From: Opitutales bacterium
Lineage (GTDB): Bacteria > Verrucomicrobiota > Verrucomicrobiia > Opitutales > UBA2987
Length of the DNA stretch: 64,000 nucleotides
Assembly: GCA_965226885.1 (NCBI GenBank)
Contig: CBDDEL010000010.1
Location: 224,001 to 288,000 of the forward strand
Direction: 5' to 3'
The notes beneath the pieces are model-generated. The model was not told where the DNA came from. It was given only the letters and a program-made list of their open reading frames with translations, and ran no database searches. Below, one piece after another: positions 52,922 through 62,988 of the stretch. The translations under genes and the position numbers were made by a program. Within the stretch, counting starts at the first letter, position 1. Every line of letters starts with the position of its first letter.

Positions 52922-54488
52922 CCCGGATATTTCATGAAGGGTAAAGTTTGGCTCGTTATTGCTATTGGAGATGGATTTCTTTGTATTTTGAGCAGATCGT
53001 CTTGATTTTTAGGTGTTTTTCAGGGTGTAGAGACACTGCCCCCTTTCCCCCATTGGTTCGGTAGTGCCGGGGGCAGCACCAATGCACCCTTTAGGTTGGC
53101 ACCAATCGGCGGGCCGCATGGTTGAAAAGACTGGCCCAAGGATAACTCTCACTTAGGTGAAAGTGAATCGTTCGGGTGTTGCGCACGATGACCGCTCCGA
53201 TCTTGATTAATTTGAGCCGCAGGGTGTGGCATTGGGCCCGCGCCCACTTCGTCCCTTTTAAGGCTAACCGGCGCATGGCTTCCATCAAGGTGTAGGCCAG
53301 CGCCGACAAGAGCAATCGGCACTGATTGGCCCACCATTGATGGGCGCTGGTGCGCTCGCTGAACAATTGCATCTGTTCCTTGATTCGGTTCTCCATTTCA
53401 CCGCGGCCACAGTATACCTTGTCGTAAAGCTCCTGGGGATCGCCCGGCAGGTTCGTCACCACGAAGCGCGGGTTGGACCCCTGTGCGGTGTGTTCGGCTT
53501 TATGGATGACCAACCGCAGCCATCGCCACGAATCGGCAGCATAGACGAAGTCCTGGAATAACCGTTGTTTTTTACCCCTTAGTTCGAACCATTCTTTGGC
53601 CTGCTTTTGCAACTGCTGGGCGTCTTGCTGCAAGCGTGCATTGCGAGCCATCCCCACGATGTAACTAACTTCGTTGCGGTCGCACCAAGAGAGTATCCGG
53701 TCTCGACAAAATCCACTGTCGGCGCGCCAAATAATCCGCGTACGGGGCCAGCTTTGGCGAATCCGTTTAACCAGCAATTTGAGGATGGCCCCGGCATGCT
53801 TGCTGGCATCGATCTTGCTCGGCCGCAGGTAGGCCACCAGCAGCTGATCACCGCAAAAAACATATAGCGGCAGAAAACAGTAATGATCATAATAACCGTG
53901 GAAAAAACGTCCCTCCTGGAGCCCGTGCACCGGATTGTCGGTGGCGTCAAAGTCCAGGATGATCTCTTCGGGTTCCTCGGCAAAAGAGCCCATGAACTGT
54001 TCGACCAACAGCTCGTTTACCGCAAAGGCCGCCCGCCGATCCTGCCCGTTTTCAAAACGACACAAAGTCGGCGCGCTGGCCAACGTTTCAATGCGCCCCG
54101 TTACCGTTTGCAACAATGGATCGTGGCGCAGGGTATCAAAGTCGTTCAAATCCTCATAGCCCGCCACCAGCCCGTAAACGCGCTGCCGCAGCATCCCCAA
54201 TACCTCATGGCGTACTTTGCCCTTCTGCCGTTTGTCCACTAACTGTCGGGCCGCTCGTTCGGTCAAGCCCAACTGCCGATCCACTTCCCGGATCAAAAGC
54301 AGTCCGGCATCCGAAGTAACCTCTCCGCCCTTGAAATCAACCCGCACACGGCGGCCTTTTACCCTTGTCAACTGTAGCTTTAATTGTTTACCTTTTGTCA
54401 TCGCTGATATTGCTTTAATTATTGATCTATCCTGCTGTATATCAGCAGTTAAGCATATCAACGATACTTTTTTTACGAAATATCCGGG
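52922..54488 (-). mobile_element. IS1380-family element, copy G (1567 bp)
   Basis: TSD CTAG. Confidence 0.95.
53091..54401 (-). CDS. IS1380 family transposase (intact, one W to C change)
   Basis: Near-identical to copy A. Confidence 0.94.
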   Translation of the reverse strand: MTKGKQLKLQLTRVKGRRVRVDFKGGEVTSDAGLLLIREVDRQLGLTERAARQLVDKRQKGKVRHEVLGMLRQRVYGLVAGYEDLNDFDTLRHDPLLQTVTGRIETLASAPTLCRFENGQDRRAAFAVNELLVEQFMGSFAEEPEEIILDFDATDNPVHGLQEGRFFHGYYDHYCFLPLYVFCGDQLLVAYLRPSKIDASKHAGAILKLLVKRIRQSWPRTRIIWRADSGFCRDRILSWCDRNEVSYIVGMARNARLQQDAQQLQKQAKEWFELRGKKQRLFQDFVYAADSWRWLRLVIHKAEHTAQGSNPRFVVTNLPGDPQELYDKVYCGRGEMENRIKEQMQLFSERTSAHQWWANQCRLLLSALAYTLMEAMRRLALKGTKWARAQCHTLRLKLIKIGAVIVRNTRTIHFHLSESYPWASLFNHAARRLVPT

Positions 54489-54689
54489 CTAGTTCCTGAT
54501 CAAAAATGAATGGTATTTTGTACCTTTCATTTATTTGTATTTGATTAGCTATTAGCTATTTGAAGAATCGGCGTACGTTGGGGAGAATCTAGGCACGACT
54601 CGTCGAAAAATCTTATGAACTCTTCGGCCTTATTTTCGATGTCATTTCTATTTACAACAGGAATGCCAAACTTATCTGTATCGTAATTT

Positions 54690-55491
54690 GGTAGTGTATT
54701 AAGTAGGAATGGTGCCTAATTCTTGATTATATTGATGAATGAAAAGTCTCAGACAGGTTTCATGCATACTCTTAAGCTTGGAAAAGGAGAGGGTTTTGCG
54801 TGTGAAACGACCCAGTCGTTGGCGCAGGGTATTGTTCCATCGTTCCACATGGGCCGTTTCACCGGTTTCTTTTCCCACGGATCGGTTATGAGGAAAGACT
54901 TCATCATAAGTGCTCCAAAAGTCGCTGTAGGTGGCACATCTTTTGTAGGCCCGTGGCAGACGCTCGTAAAGTTCCCGGCAACGATACCAATCCCGAGGCC
55001 CAATGGCATAGGAGAGGATTTGACGGGTGCGTCGGCAAAGAGCGATCCAAACCCATTGGGCATCGCTCTTGCGCCCCACAAAAGACCACAGTTCGTCCAG
55101 TTCAATGACATCATGGCGGCGGGCCGCAAGAATCGTGCTTTTGAGCGGTCGCAGCGATTGTCGTTTTTTTTAACCAACTCAAAACGGTGTTGGGACTCAC
55201 CCCGAAGGCGCGCTGTAAACCGCGTAGACTGCTGCGTTCCTGATAGACTCGAAGGATCATTTCTTTTTGCTCTTCGGTGTATTTCACTGTGGGGTTTTCG
55301 CGGCTTTGTTTACCACAATCATGGCAGCGGTAGCGCTGTTTATGGTTGGGCGTCTTGCCAAATCTAATGATATTTTCACTTCCACAGTGCCGCCAATTAA
55401 TAATTTTAGTAACCATGCACTAAGAATAAACTGCCTAACGCTATTTGTACAGCTAAAAATACAAAATAACATTCTTTTTTTATACACTACC
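54690..55491 (-). mobile_element. IS1-family element (802 bp); insA 55111-55416, insB ends at 54699
   Basis: Same IRs as 31536-32337; 8-bp TSD CGTAATTT; first zinc-finger Cys mutated to Trp. Confidence 0.95.
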
Positions 55492-55521
55492 CGTAATTTG
55501 TAGTCATTCTAAAAATATGTG

Positions 55522-55553
55522 GGCTAACACATTGTAAGCAGCGGCTACACAGC
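55522..55553 (-). other. Putative attI-like cassette docking site
   Basis: GCTGTGTAGCCGCTGCTTACAATGT|GTTAGCC. The core is complementary (6/7) to R'' GGCGAAC at the far end of the same cassette. Confidence 0.55.
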
Positions 55554-55647
55554 ATGAGATTAGGGACGATAAAATTTTTGCCGAAATTTGCAAGAAAGTT
55601 TGTAATTCTTTGGCTAAGAAGAGGATTTTTCAATTCTCAGTTTTTTT

Positions 55648-55997
55648 GTCGAGTTTTGAGAATATTGGTTGGGGTGGTTTCCGTAGGCACGTTTTATGAT
55701 GGAGGGAGGGTTGGATTGTTTTTCGTTGCAGGGTGGTGGAATGCAGTTAGATTCTGCCGCTTGTTGAATTGTTATTAAATGAGTGAGCAGAATTCAGAGA
55801 AAGAGAATGCGGCGGCTTCGCCGGATGCTGGGCCGGGGCGTCTCCCTTCGCCTTCTTTGACTCTTCCGCCCGCGCCAGCGAAACGGCGGCCATTACAGAC
55901 ATAAGGGCCGGTATTAACCATTTAATTCCGAAAAATGAGTTCAATTTCATTAACAGCCAACAGATAATCTATAGGCGCAAATAGGCAAGAAGATATA
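55648..55997. repeat. Chimeric relic: diverged copy of the DUF4212 upstream/5' region fused to a diverged copy of the hpcH-like 5' region
   Basis: ~55648-55820 aligns to ~57478-57686; ~55831-55997 aligns to ~31343-31527. Confidence 0.8.
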
Positions 55998-56170
55998 AAA
56001 GAGACGGGCTCTAATTCAAATCGCTCCACCACAGCCGGAGAGGCCGCCGGTGTTGTTTTTATTTGCATCTTGGGTTGAAAACTGGAAATTGCGAAAATTC
56101 ACAGGTTCAAAGTGTTTTATGCCCCATAAAATATGAATTATGAACATTGAGTTCTTTTTACTTTTAGTCG

Positions 56171-56248
56171 GAACCGCCCGGTACGGACCCGTATGCCGGG
56201 TGGTGTGGGACCCGGGCTGGCTTAATCAGTCAGTCCCGGGGACCCGAT
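56171..56248 (+). ncRNA. Group II intron (class IIC) 3' fragment, domains V-VI only
   Basis: GAACCGCCCGG TACG GACC CGTA TG CCGGGTGGTGT (CGC triad, 2-nt bulge); DVI stem CCCGGG/CCCGGG with bulged A; ends CCCGAT. Confidence 0.88.
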
Positions 56249-56275
56249 TAGGTTTTCCACATTCGAATAACCACC

Positions 56276-57016
56276 CTATCTAAGGACTTTGTTTAATGAA
56301 CGCTTTCTTGAAAATATTGAATTGAACCTATCGGAGGCGTAAGAAAAAGCTGTGATTGAAACACCAGTCTCTCCAATTTCAGAGAACCTGCCAGCCCAGA
56401 ATCGAGCGGCATTCGCCATATCACCAGGAGAAAGCAATTTGAATAAATAGGCTACTTCAAGGGCAAAACCGCTTATTAAAATGAGAATAAATGCTGTCTT
56501 GAAAAAAGCCGGTGGTAAAAAAAGCAAAAGCTGCACATCAATTTTATATCCATGTGTTCTCAAGTGAATAAGAACTAATCCAGCACAGCCAAATAATATC
56601 AACAACCAATGACGGCACCTCTGGAAATACCCGAGATTATGAAGCGTGATTTCGTTTTGAACATTTATTTGTTTAATGAAATCGGGGGTTGGTATATCAA
56701 AGAATCTCTGCCCCCAGCTAATTTCTTCAAATGCTAATAATAGTGTCAAAACAAAAAATACTATGAAGCCATTTGCTATTATTCTTTCTTTATAGAAAAT
56801 TCCATGACCGCGTACAATCCTTAAACAATAGAAGGCTGTAGCGAGTAGAAAAAAAAATTGAAACCATTGAATAACGTTATCTTCTCTAGTCAGATTTATC
56901 GCTACAGATCTGTTAAGCAATGCCAAGATCACCCATCCAATATTGATCGTAACTAATAGTCTAGTTACCAGAAAATTAATGACTTTCTGGGAAATGGTAT
57001 ATCGCAAATATGGCAT
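56276..57016 (-). CDS. Uncharacterised multi-pass membrane protein, integron gene cassette
   Basis: Low GC; EEISWGQR...TP...N.QNE.TLHN motif; bounded by GTTAGTT and ACCTA|intron. Confidence 0.8.
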   Translation of the reverse strand: MPYLRYTISQKVINFLVTRLLVTINIGWVILALLNRSVAINLTREDNVIQWFQFFFLLATAFYCLRIVRGHGIFYKERIIANGFIVFFVLTLLLAFEEISWGQRFFDIPTPDFIKQINVQNEITLHNLGYFQRCRHWLLILFGCAGLVLIHLRTHGYKIDVQLLLFLPPAFFKTAFILILISGFALEVAYLFKLLSPGDMANAARFWAGRFSEIGETGVSITAFSYASDRFNSIFSRKRSLNKVLR

Positions 57017-57038
57017 GTCAATCAGACTCCCTCAGTAA

Positions 57039-57105
57039 AACTAACGTCTGGCGCACGAATGCGAGGAGCGGAGCCAACCGCATTTCGTGACGCGCCTTGT
57101 TAGAG
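57039..57105 (-). other. attC site (67 bp)
   Basis: Minus strand: R'' CTCTAAC, AAGGC, L'' GCGTCACG, AAATGCG...CGCATT, L' CGTGCGC, CAGAC, R' GTTAGTT. Two extrahelical bases. Confidence 0.87.
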
Positions 57106-57644
57106 ACCCTATGGTTTTTGATTTTCATCCGGGATTTCGTAAACAGTGGTAGTGTTTTCTGAATCGTTGGCGAGAACTTATTCTACGAACTCTTGAAATT
57201 CTCGCGTAAACACGGTTTTTCTTTCTACCCAATACAGTTTGAATCCGGGTAGGTCCTTCACCATTTGAATATTTCTTGTAAGTGATTCCCGTAATTAACC
57301 GCTAATTTTTAATGATGCGTGGACGCTGCATAAATTGGTACAAAAACGCTGCATAAAATTTTAATTAAATGCGTTGAAGCATCGGTTTCATTGTATATAA
57401 ATGTTTACATATTATGCAATCCACAAATCAGAAACCCAGAATTTTTGTCTTATGTTGTAGTGTTGCCTGGTGGTTTGGTGTCGAGTTTTGATTTTTTGAC
57501 TTTTTCTGTTTAGTTTTTGGGTTTGGTGGTTTGTGTGGTTTGTGTGGTCACGTTTTATGACGGTGGGTGGGTAGGACCGTTTCTCATTGCAGAGCAGGGG
57601 AATGCAGTTAGATTCTGCCGCTTGTTGAATTGAGTTGTAATTGA

Positions 57645-57998
57645 ATGAGTGTGAAGAATTCAGAGAAAGAAAATGCGGCGGCTTCAGGGCCGGACCTTCA
57701 TGATCCCGCGGTTCATGCCTGCCTGGAGCGGTATTGGCGGGCCAACATCAAGTTTACGATTTTCTTAATCGCCTTGTGGGCTTTTGCGGGCTTGGGGTGC
57801 GGGGTTTTGTGGGCGGATTTTTTAAACCGGTATCGGCTGCCCGGGACGGGTTATCCGTTGGGTTTCTGGTTTGCCCAGCAGGGAAGCATCATCGTCTTCG
57901 TGCTGCTCATCCTGGCCTATTGTCTCTTTATGAACCGGCTTGATGCCACGCATCACCGGGAACTGGATGAGATCAAATCGAGAGGGGAGGGTAGCTGA
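57645..57998 (+). CDS. DUF4212 family small membrane subunit of a solute:sodium symporter
   Basis: YW..N, G.PLGFWFAQQGSI..FV..I..Y...MN.LD motifs. Confidence 0.9.
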   Translation: MSVKNSEKENAAASGPDLHDPAVHACLERYWRANIKFTIFLIALWAFAGLGCGVLWADFLNRYRLPGTGYPLGFWFAQQGSIIVFVLLILAYCLFMNRLDATHHRELDEIKSRGEGS

Positions 57999-58001
57999 TT
58001 G

Positions 58002-59855
58002 ATGGGTGTTCAAGGCTGGACTTACCTTTTTGTGATTTTCACTTTCGGTCTTTACCTGACGATTGCCTGGCTGTGCCGCGTGCGCACGACGAAAGGTTTT
58101 TATGTTGCCGGGCAGGGTATTCCCGCGATTGCCAATGGCATGGCTACGGGGGCCGATTGGATGAGCGCCGCTTCATTTATCTCTATGGCGGGGCTGATTT
58201 CGGCCATGGGTTACGCGGGGGGCGTTTACCTGATGGGCTGGACGGGGGGCTATGTGCTGCTGGCGCTCCTGCTGGCGCCCTATCTGCGAAAATTTGGCCA
58301 TTATACGGTGCCGGATTTTATCGGGGACCGCTATGATTCCACCTTTGCCCGGCTGGCCGCGGTGGTTTGCGCGATATTCGTCAGTTTTACCTATGTGGCG
58401 GGACAGATGCGCGGGGTGGGGATCGTTTTTAGCCGGTTTCTGGAAATCGATGTCAATGTGGGCGTGATTGTCGGCATGGCCATTGTCTTTATCTATGCGA
58501 CCCTGGGGGGCATGAAGGGGATCACCTGGACGCAGGTGGTGCAATATTGGGTGCTCATCACGGCGTTCCTTATTCCGGCTATCGCCATCAGCATCAAGTT
58601 GACGGGGATGCCGCTGCCCTCGCTCGGTTTGGGTTCCACCCTCGATCCCGCGGTGGCGGGAGAATCGGGCGTTTACCTTTTAGATAAGCTGAACCAGATC
58701 CAGCAAGACCTGGGTTTCACGAGTTATACGGATACTTTTGTCGGCCATTGGGACAAAGTGAATGTTTTTTGCGTGACCCTGGCCTTGATGGCGGGCACGG
58801 CGGGGCTGCCCCACGTGATTGTTCGGTTTTACACCGTCAAATCGGTCAAGGCCGCCCGGTGGAGCGCATTTTGGGCCTTGTTTTTCATCTCCATGCTTTA
58901 CCTAACGGCTCCCGCCACGGCCGGCTTCGCCCGTTATTACATGATTCGCGGGTTGAATGGGAAAACGGCTGAAGAACTGCCCCAATGGTTTCACAACTGG
59001 AAGGAAACCGGGTTGATTCTGTGGCTCGACGACGGCGATGGCGTCCTCCGTTATTCAGCCTGCGATGACAATGAAGTATTCAGGAACGGAAAACTTTCCG
59101 GGGTGGAAATGGCCGACATACGCACCGCCCACCAGCTCTGGATCGACTCCGGCGGCGTGGGGGGTGTCGATGGGCGGGAAGTTCTCAGGAAGAAGGGCCT
59201 GTCCGGACCGGACCGCGATATCATTGTATTGGCCACGCCGGAAATGGCGGAACTGGCGGACTGGATTATCGCCTTGGTAGCGGCGGGGGGATTGGCCGCG
59301 GCCCTCTCCACGGCGAGCGGATTGCTGCTCGTTATTTCATCAAGTGTGGCCCACGATTTGTATTATCGCGTCATCAATAAGAAGGCGACCGAAAAACAAC
59401 GATTATTGGTGGGCCGGGGGGTCATCGGGATCGCCGTGGTGGTGGCCGGCCTGCTGGGCATTTATCCGCCCGGATTTGTCAGCCAGGTGGTGGCCTTTGC
59501 CTTCGGGTTGGCCGCGGCCAGTTTTTTTCCGGCCATCGTGCTGGGGATATTCAGCAAACAGGTGGGGACCGTGCCCGCGGTTTGCGGGATGTTGGCCGGA
59601 ATCGGTTTTACCGCGTTTTATATCATTGCCTGTGTCTTTTTTGGGATGGAGCCGTGGACTTTCGGGCTTTTCGCCAATGGCATCGACCCCCAGGGGATCG
59701 GATCGGTGGGTATGATTTTGAATTTCGCCGTTACTCTGGGCCTGACGCCGTTTTGCCAGAGTCCGAGTGAAGCCGTGAAGGACATGGTGGATTCGGTGCG
59801 GGAACCCGAAGGGGTGGGGCCGGCCGTCAATAGCGAGTCGGCGCCGGAGCATTGA
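58002..59855 (+). CDS. Sodium:solute symporter (ActP-like cation/acetate symporter)
   Basis: NGMATGADWMSAASFISMAG, GTAGLPHVIVRFYTV and AAGGLAAALSTASGLLL motifs. Confidence 0.92.
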   Translation: MGVQGWTYLFVIFTFGLYLTIAWLCRVRTTKGFYVAGQGIPAIANGMATGADWMSAASFISMAGLISAMGYAGGVYLMGWTGGYVLLALLLAPYLRKFGHYTVPDFIGDRYDSTFARLAAVVCAIFVSFTYVAGQMRGVGIVFSRFLEIDVNVGVIVGMAIVFIYATLGGMKGITWTQVVQYWVLITAFLIPAIAISIKLTGMPLPSLGLGSTLDPAVAGESGVYLLDKLNQIQQDLGFTSYTDTFVGHWDKVNVFCVTLALMAGTAGLPHVIVRFYTVKSVKAARWSAFWALFFISMLYLTAPATAGFARYYMIRGLNGKTAEELPQWFHNWKETGLILWLDDGDGVLRYSACDDNEVFRNGKLSGVEMADIRTAHQLWIDSGGVGGVDGREVLRKKGLSGPDRDIIVLATPEMAELADWIIALVAAGGLAAALSTASGLLLVISSSVAHDLYYRVINKKATEKQRLLVGRGVIGIAVVVAGLLGIYPPGFVSQVVAFAFGLAAASFFPAIVLGIFSKQVGTVPAVCGMLAGIGFTAFYIIACVFFGMEPWTFGLFANGIDPQGIGSVGMILNFAVTLGLTPFCQSPSEAVKDMVDSVREPEGVGPAVNSESAPEH

Positions 59856-60007
59856 GTAGTCCGATTCACCGGCCGAGCCGGGCATCCAGTCGAAAAAACA
59901 AAATTGCTCTAAAAGAGCAAATGTGGTAGAGTGCCTTTTGTTTTTTCACTACTATAGCTACTCAACTGTGGAGACTATGAATCATAAAACCACCCGTTCC
60001 TATTTTA

Positions 60008-61182
60008 GAGGCTGTCCCAAAAGGGTGATTTTTGCGAGGGCTTTTGATAGGCGCTCATTTTAGAGGTATTTGCATTTGGGAGAGTATCAACTTTGCTCTC
60101 CTATGACGTTAGGATACTGGTTTTGGGGTCCGGTTGCCTGGTTTTCTTTGTATGAGCCGACAGTACGGCTGTGAAAAAGTATTGTCCTTGCTTTTCCGCT
60201 CTCTAGGCCACCGCTTTGGTTTTTAGTTCGTCTTGCTGGGCCAGCATCTTGGCTACTTTCCATAGGTTGTGCGAGAGTACCGACCAGGCTACGCTGATCG
60301 AGCGGTTGGCAAAGCCTTTGCTGCGCAACCGCCCGGCCTGCCAGCGATTCTTCAATACCCCGATCCGCCCTTCGGTGCTGGCCCGGCGCTTTTGCAATTG
60401 TCTTTGCAATTGTCTGAACAGTGGTTCCTCCATCCGTTTTTTCAACTGCTTCGGATCGCGTGGACAGAGCGCGTCGTAGATTCCCTCCTGGGCTAACTGC
60501 CGGCGGGCCCGCTGGGAGGCAAATCCCCGGTCCGCGCACATGGCCGCTATGGGTTCTTCCAGGTTGAAGCGGTTCTGTCTTTGCAAACTCTCTTGCATTT
60601 GTTCATTTTCGCTTGGAGTTCGGCTGCCGTAGAGTTTCCAGTCCAGCAGGTACCCTTCAATGCTTTCTCCCAAAAACAGGGTGTTGCCGAACTCGACCTC
60701 TTGGCCCGCTTTACCTCGCACAATCACCTGCCCATCGAGTTCGTAAACACTCAAGACTTTCTCTGCGTTTTTCACCTGGCGGCCGCCAATGATCCGCTCG
60801 TGCGCCTGTTTGATGACCACCGGGATTTGCTCGCTCATGCGCTCCATCCGGGCGAGGATCTGTTGGACCTGTTTTTCGCTGTAATCGCTTTGCTCCCAGC
60901 AGGCTTGCAATAATTCCCGGTGACTGCGGGCATGCTCCCCGATCCGTTTGAGCAGCTTTTTCATCTGCCTCAAGATACCCTTGCGCTGCCGCGCGCTGTC
61001 CTTTCGCCGCCGGCTGTGGGTCATCTGTATGCACAGCCGATTCATCTGCCGAGCCAAGGGCTCCGGTTCGATCGGCATGCGATGGCGCAAATCGGCCTTC
61101 TCGCGGATCAGCCGGATCGCTTTGAGCAACGTGCCGGCTACATCCTTGAGTAATACCCAGTCCGTCGGCCAATGAATGTTAG
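60008..61182 (-). mobile_element. IS5/ISNCY-like element copy 3, right part; transposase 60203-61182 cut by IS1380
   Basis: IR at 60008; interrupted at TTAG 61179-61182; carries a 12-bp in-frame duplication (RQLQRQLQ). Confidence 0.92.
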
Positions 61183-61417
61183 CCCGGATATTTCATGAAG
61201 GGTAAAGTTTGGCTCGTTATTGCTATTGGAGATGGATTTCTTTGTATTTTGAGCAGATCGTCTTGATTTTTAGGTGTTTTTCAGGGTGCAGAGACACTGC
61301 CCCCTTTCCCCCATTGGTTCGGTAGTGCCGGGGGCAGCACCAATGCACCCTTTAGGTTGGCACCAATCGGCGGGCCGCATGGTTGAAAAGACTGGCCCAA
61401 GGATAACTCTCACTTAG
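61183..61417 (-). mobile_element. IS1380 right-end fragment (copy H), itself interrupted by copy I
   Basis: IR plus 3' end of tnp up to the internal TTAG at 61414-61417. Confidence 0.92.
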
Positions 61418-62984
61418 CCCGGATATTTCATGAAGGGTAAAGTTTGGCTCGTTATTGCTATTGGAGATGGATTTCTTTGTATTTTGAGCAGATCGTCTTG
61501 ATTTTTAGGTGTTTTTCAGGGTGTAGAGACACTGCCCCCTTTCCCCCATTGGTTCGGTAGTGCCGGGGGCAGCACCAATGCACCCTTTAGGTTGGCACCA
61601 ATCGGCGGGCCGCATGGTTGAAAAGACTGGCCCAAGGATAACTCTCACTTAGGTGAAAGTGAATCGTTCGGGTGTTGCGCACGATGACCGCTCCGATCTT
61701 GATTAATTTGAGCCGCAGGGTGTGGCATTGGGCCCGCGCCCACTTCGTCCCTTTTAAGGCTAACCGGCGCATGGCTTCCATCAAGGTGTAGGCCAGCGCC
61801 GACAAGAGCAATCGCCACTGATTGGCCCACCATTGATGGGCGCTGGTGCGCTCGCTGAACAATTGCATCTGTTCCTTGATTCGGTTCTCCATTTCACCGC
61901 GGCCACAGTATACCTTGTCGTAAAGCTCCTGGGGATCGCCCGGCAGGTTCGTCACCACGAAGCGCGGGTTGGACCCCTGTGCGGTGTGTTCGGCTTTATG
62001 GATGACCAACCGCAGCCATCGCCACGAATCGGCAGCATAGACGAAGTCCTGGAATAACCGTTGTTTTTTACCCCTTAGTTCGAACCATTCTTTGGCCTGC
62101 TTTTGCAACTGCTGGGCGTCTTGCTGCAAGCGTGCATTGCGAGCCATCCCCACGATGTAACTAACTTCGTTGCGGTCGCACCAAGAGAGTATCCGGTCTC
62201 GACAAAATCCACTGTCGGCGCGCCAAATAATCCGCGTACGGGGCCAGCTTTGGCGAATCCGTTTAACCAGCAATTTGAGGATGGCCCCGGCATGCTTGCT
62301 GGCATCGATCTTGCTCGGCCGCAGGTAGGCCACCAGCAGCTGATCACCGCAAAAAACATATAGCGGCAGAAAACAGTAATGATCATAATAACCGTGGAAA
62401 AAACGTCCCTCCTGGAGCCCGTGCACCGGATTGTCGGTGGCGTCAAAGTCCAGGATGATCTCTTCGGGTTCCTCGGCAAAGGAGCCCATGAACTGTTCGA
62501 CCAACAGCTCGTTTACCGCAAAGGCCGCCCGCCGATCCTGCCCGTTTTCAAAACGACACAAAGTCGGCGCGCTGGCCAACGTTTCAATGCGCCCCGTTAC
62601 CGTTTGCAACAATGGATCGTGGCGCAGGGTATCAAAGTCGTTCAAATCCTCATAGCCCGCCACCAGCCCGTAAACGCGCTGCCGCAGCATCCCCAATACC
62701 TCATGGCGTACTTTGCCCTTCTGCCGTTTGTCCACTAACTGTCGGGCCGCTCGTTCGGTCAAGCCCAACTGCCGATCCACTTCCCGGATCAAAAGCAGTC
62801 CGGCATCCGAAGTAACCTCTCCGCCCTTGAAATCAACCCGCACACGGCGGCCTTTTACCCTTGTCAACTGTAGCTTTAATTGTTTACCTTTTGTCATCGC
62901 TGATATTGCTTTAATTATTGATCTATCCTGCTGTATATCAGCAGTTAAGCATATCAACGATACTTTTTTTACGAAATATCCGGG
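61418..62984 (-). mobile_element. IS1380-family element, copy I (1567 bp)
   Basis: IRs CCCGGATATTTC; flanks TTAG and CTAA. Confidence 0.95.
61587..62897 (-). CDS. IS1380 family transposase (intact)
   Basis: Same protein as copy A. Confidence 0.94.
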   Translation of the reverse strand: MTKGKQLKLQLTRVKGRRVRVDFKGGEVTSDAGLLLIREVDRQLGLTERAARQLVDKRQKGKVRHEVLGMLRQRVYGLVAGYEDLNDFDTLRHDPLLQTVTGRIETLASAPTLCRFENGQDRRAAFAVNELLVEQFMGSFAEEPEEIILDFDATDNPVHGLQEGRFFHGYYDHYCFLPLYVFCGDQLLVAYLRPSKIDASKHAGAILKLLVKRIRQSWPRTRIIWRADSGFCRDRILSWCDRNEVSYIVGMARNARLQQDAQQLQKQAKEWFELRGKKQRLFQDFVYAADSWRWLRLVIHKAEHTAQGSNPRFVVTNLPGDPQELYDKVYCGRGEMENRIKEQMQLFSERTSAHQWWANQWRLLLSALAYTLMEAMRRLALKGTKWARAQCHTLRLKLIKIGAVIVRNTRTIHFHLSESYPWASLFNHAARRLVPT

Positions 62985-62988
62985 CTAA

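Larger units (their letters stand above)
52391..55507 (-). pseudogene. ImmA/IrrE family (HExxH) metallo-endopeptidase cassette gene, broken by IS1, IS1380 and a 7-bp duplication
   Basis: Rejoined: MTTNYDTDKFGIPVV...FDQEL|GTSASGKKILGKY...RWNFTLIHELGH...EWQANKFASSVLLP. Confidence 0.85.

Noticed and set aside
55998..56170. Full-length or ORF-less complete group II intron
   Set aside because: No GUGYG 5' end or DI-DIV structure is recognisable; only DV-DVI remain.
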